Assembly (NCBI GenBank): GCA_963169225.1
Contig: CAUJDH010000045.1
Span: forward strand, 1,338-65,337
Direction of reading: 5' to 3'
DNA length: 64,000 nucleotides
Origin: Actinomycetota bacterium
GTDB lineage: Bacteria; Actinomycetota; Actinomycetes; S36-B12; UBA10799
Positions 62,095 through 64,000 of this stretch are shown here, in pieces. The stretch's first letter is position 1; every line of letters starts with the position of its first letter. The position numbers were made by a program, and so were the translations under genes. The notes under the pieces are model-generated. The model searched no databases, was not told where the DNA came from, and saw only the letters and a list, made by a program, of their open reading frames with translations.

Positions 62095-63177
62095 CTAAAC
62101 GCTCTCACCTTTGGACTCGTCCGCGGCCAATCCTTTGCGCACCCGCCGAACCAACGCCAGCAACTGCGCATTCACGTCGTAATGTCGCTCCAAGATCAAC
62201 ATGTGACCAGTGTTCGCCAGAATCTGCGAATGCTCAGGCAAAACCTCAGCCACGATCCGCGAATAATGCTCTAGTGGAGTCATGACGTCTTTCTCTCCGA
62301 CCATGACGAGAGTGTCTACATTGCGGAAGGTTTTGAGCGCATCAACCTTGTCGTGATTTTGCAGCGCCGTCAAAAACTCCGCAACCGTCGAGATCGTGGT
62401 TTGGTTGAGCATGTCCGAAGTGAACTGTCCGTATGAAGCAGGTGCATCCGAACCGAAGCTGAATCGGTTGGTCAGCATCAAGTTCAGGTCGTTAGTGTAG
62501 CTCCGGCCCCAATCGATGGCATCGGCGTATTTGATGGCCTGTGCTGTGAGCGCTGGGGACATATTGTGAACGCGTGAAGCGAAGTTGCTGGGGAGACCGA
62601 ACAACTCTGATTTGAGTTGACCGGAACTCGTGGCCAATAAGGCAACACCCTTAACCGGTCCGTCATCACCAAAGAGTTCGGGATGCTGGTCGGCAAATGC
62701 CATAACCGTCATGCCACCCATGGAATGTCCGACAAGGATAATTGGCCGATTTGGTACGACTTGCTGGATCACCTGGTAGAGATCATCACCGAGTTGATCA
62801 ATCGAGATGTTTTCGGCCTGGGCCTTGTCCGAGCGCCCATGAGAACGCTGATCCCAAAACACCAGGGTGGCCTGTCCGCGAAGGTCACGGCGTTGGAAGT
62901 GGAAGCTGTCTTGGTTGAGTGCATAGCCATGACAGAAGATGATCGCTAAATCGTCCGGGGGTGTAACCAACGGATCGTCAACCTCGGCATAGAGTTCAAT
63001 CCCGTCGGTAGTGCGTACCGAAATCTGTCGACCACGTAGTTTGCCGAACGGCTCTTGGTGCTGTTGATCTTCCTTGTACTTCTTGCCAATCAAGCCGCGC
63101 TCAGCGGCAACACCGGCAGCGACACCAACGGCGACCATGCCAAGTCCTGCCAATGCCTTACCCATACCCGATGCCAT
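62095..63177 (-). CDS. alpha/beta hydrolase with an N-terminal membrane anchor
   Basis: GHSMGG elbow. ATG at 63177 forms an ATGA overlap with the alr stop. TM helix ALAGLGMVAVGVAAGVAA. Confidence 0.78.
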   Translation of the reverse strand: MASGMGKALAGLGMVAVGVAAGVAAERGLIGKKYKEDQQHQEPFGKLRGRQISVRTTDGIELYAEVDDPLVTPPDDLAIIFCHGYALNQDSFHFQRRDLRGQATLVFWDQRSHGRSDKAQAENISIDQLGDDLYQVIQQVVPNRPIILVGHSMGGMTVMAFADQHPELFGDDGPVKGVALLATSSGQLKSELFGLPSNFASRVHNMSPALTAQAIKYADAIDWGRSYTNDLNLMLTNRFSFGSDAPASYGQFTSDMLNQTTISTVAEFLTALQNHDKVDALKTFRNVDTLVMVGEKDVMTPLEHYSRIVAEVLPEHSQILANTGHMLILERHYDVNAQLLALVRRVRKGLAADESKGESV

Positions 63178-64000
63178 CACGCACCCCCTACAAACACTCG
63201 AGGAACCCTGGGTCCTACACAGGTCACGATCTCGTAGGGGATCGTTCCGATTGCATCCGCCCAATCGGTGGCAGTGGGTTCGCCACGCAAACCAGGACCG
63301 AACAGCGTCACAGTATCTCCGGCTTGAGCCAAGTCTCCTTCAAGTTCAATGACGAACTGGTCCATGCACACTCGACCTGCGATCGTCCGTACCTTCCCTG
63401 CCGCCAGCACGGGCCCGGCAGAACTGGCCGCGCGTTGAATTCCGTCCGCATAACCCAGCGGAACAAGACCCACATTGGTGTCGCGCGATGTCACGTATTC
63501 GTGACCGTATGAAACACCCGAACCAGCTGGCAGATCTTTGACTTGAACCAACCGGGCGGCCAAAGTCATAGCTGGTTTGATGCCAAGGGATTCGCTCGTC
63601 CCTACCTCTGGCCCAGGCGATACTCCGAATACCGAAATACCCGGACGTACCAGATCAAAGTGCATATTCGGCAGCGCGAAGGTAGCGGCCGAATTGGCTG
63701 CATGTCGCAAAATCGGATTGATCCCAGCTGCTTTAGCGAATTCGATCGCCCTCACAAAGTTGTCGTGCTGGTTACCAATCGTCCCGTGGAACGGACTGTC
63801 GGCCCAGGCCAAGTGGGTCCAGATGCCAACCACCTCGACAAGACCTTCGCTTTGAGACTGAGCAACCTCAGCTACGAGTCGCTCCCATGAGTCACTATTG
63901 GCGCTATTGAGAAAAGTCCCACCGCGACCCAGGCCCGTGTCTGCCTTCAGATGGATTCGCGCACGAGTATTGAGCTTGCGAGCGGCCTGCTCTATCTCGG
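63177..64000 (-). CDS. alr: alanine racemase (N-terminal part lies beyond the window)
   Basis: The frame stays open to the window edge (…RIHLKADTGLGRGG…). C-terminal domain motifs VSYGH and PLGYADG. Confidence 0.9.
   Translation of the reverse strand, partial: EIEQAARKLNTRARIHLKADTGLGRGGTFLNSANSDSWERLVAEVAQSQSEGLVEVVGIWTHLAWADSPFHGTIGNQHDNFVRAIEFAKAAGINPILRHAANSAATFALPNMHFDLVRPGISVFGVSPGPEVGTSESLGIKPAMTLAARLVQVKDLPAGSGVSYGHEYVTSRDTNVGLVPLGYADGIQRAASSAGPVLAAGKVRTIAGRVCMDQFVIELEGDLAQAGDTVTLFGPGLRGEPTATDWADAIGTIPYEIVTCVGPRVPRVFVGGA

Overview
This is a core chromosomal segment of a moderate-GC actinobacterium. One coding line I counted was 57% G+C. I saw no rRNA, tRNA, CRISPR array, transposase or integrase. 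About 58 protein genes are supported, and most are housekeeping genes. As far as I remember the M. tuberculosis H37Rv gene order, this window follows its blocks: purE-purK, GtrA-like, birA-accD5-accE5-maf...accA3; sdhCDAB; trpS; icd; folD; purH-purN-perM...sucD-sucC; pcrA; guaA; choD-guaB3-guaB2; groEL-groES-tsaD-rimI-tsaB-tsaE-alr. The interesting material sits where that backbone is interrupted:

- **AbiE module:** the AbiEi antitoxin is intact, but the AbiEii toxin is internally deleted and frame-broken.
- **Toxin-antitoxin-like cassette:** a low-GC two-gene cassette with a perfect 13-bp inverted-repeat operator is wedged between purE and purK.
- **Cyclase pair:** a class III adenylate cyclase with a histone-H1-like Lys/Ala tail is translationally coupled to a PH-domain membrane protein.
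- **Signal peptidase pair:** an ER/SipW-type signal peptidase lies next to a small exported protein, which sits behind a 400-bp AT-rich, ORF-free region dense in TGATCA palindromes.
- **Surface proteins:** two glycine-rich/Ig-repeat surface protein genes are both disrupted.
- **LDH/MDH paralog:** its conserved GEHG glutamate codon is an in-frame TAG.
- **Short repeat:** a 33-nt repeat with a conserved loop occurs just downstream of two minus-strand genes.
- **M23 peptidase leader:** a long leader upstream of the M23 peptidase gene is only a weak candidate for a c-di-AMP-type riboswitch.

I found no complete, clearly novel multi-gene system. The signal peptidase/substrate pair with its AT-rich region, and the purE/purK cassette, are the best candidates for uncharacterised biology.
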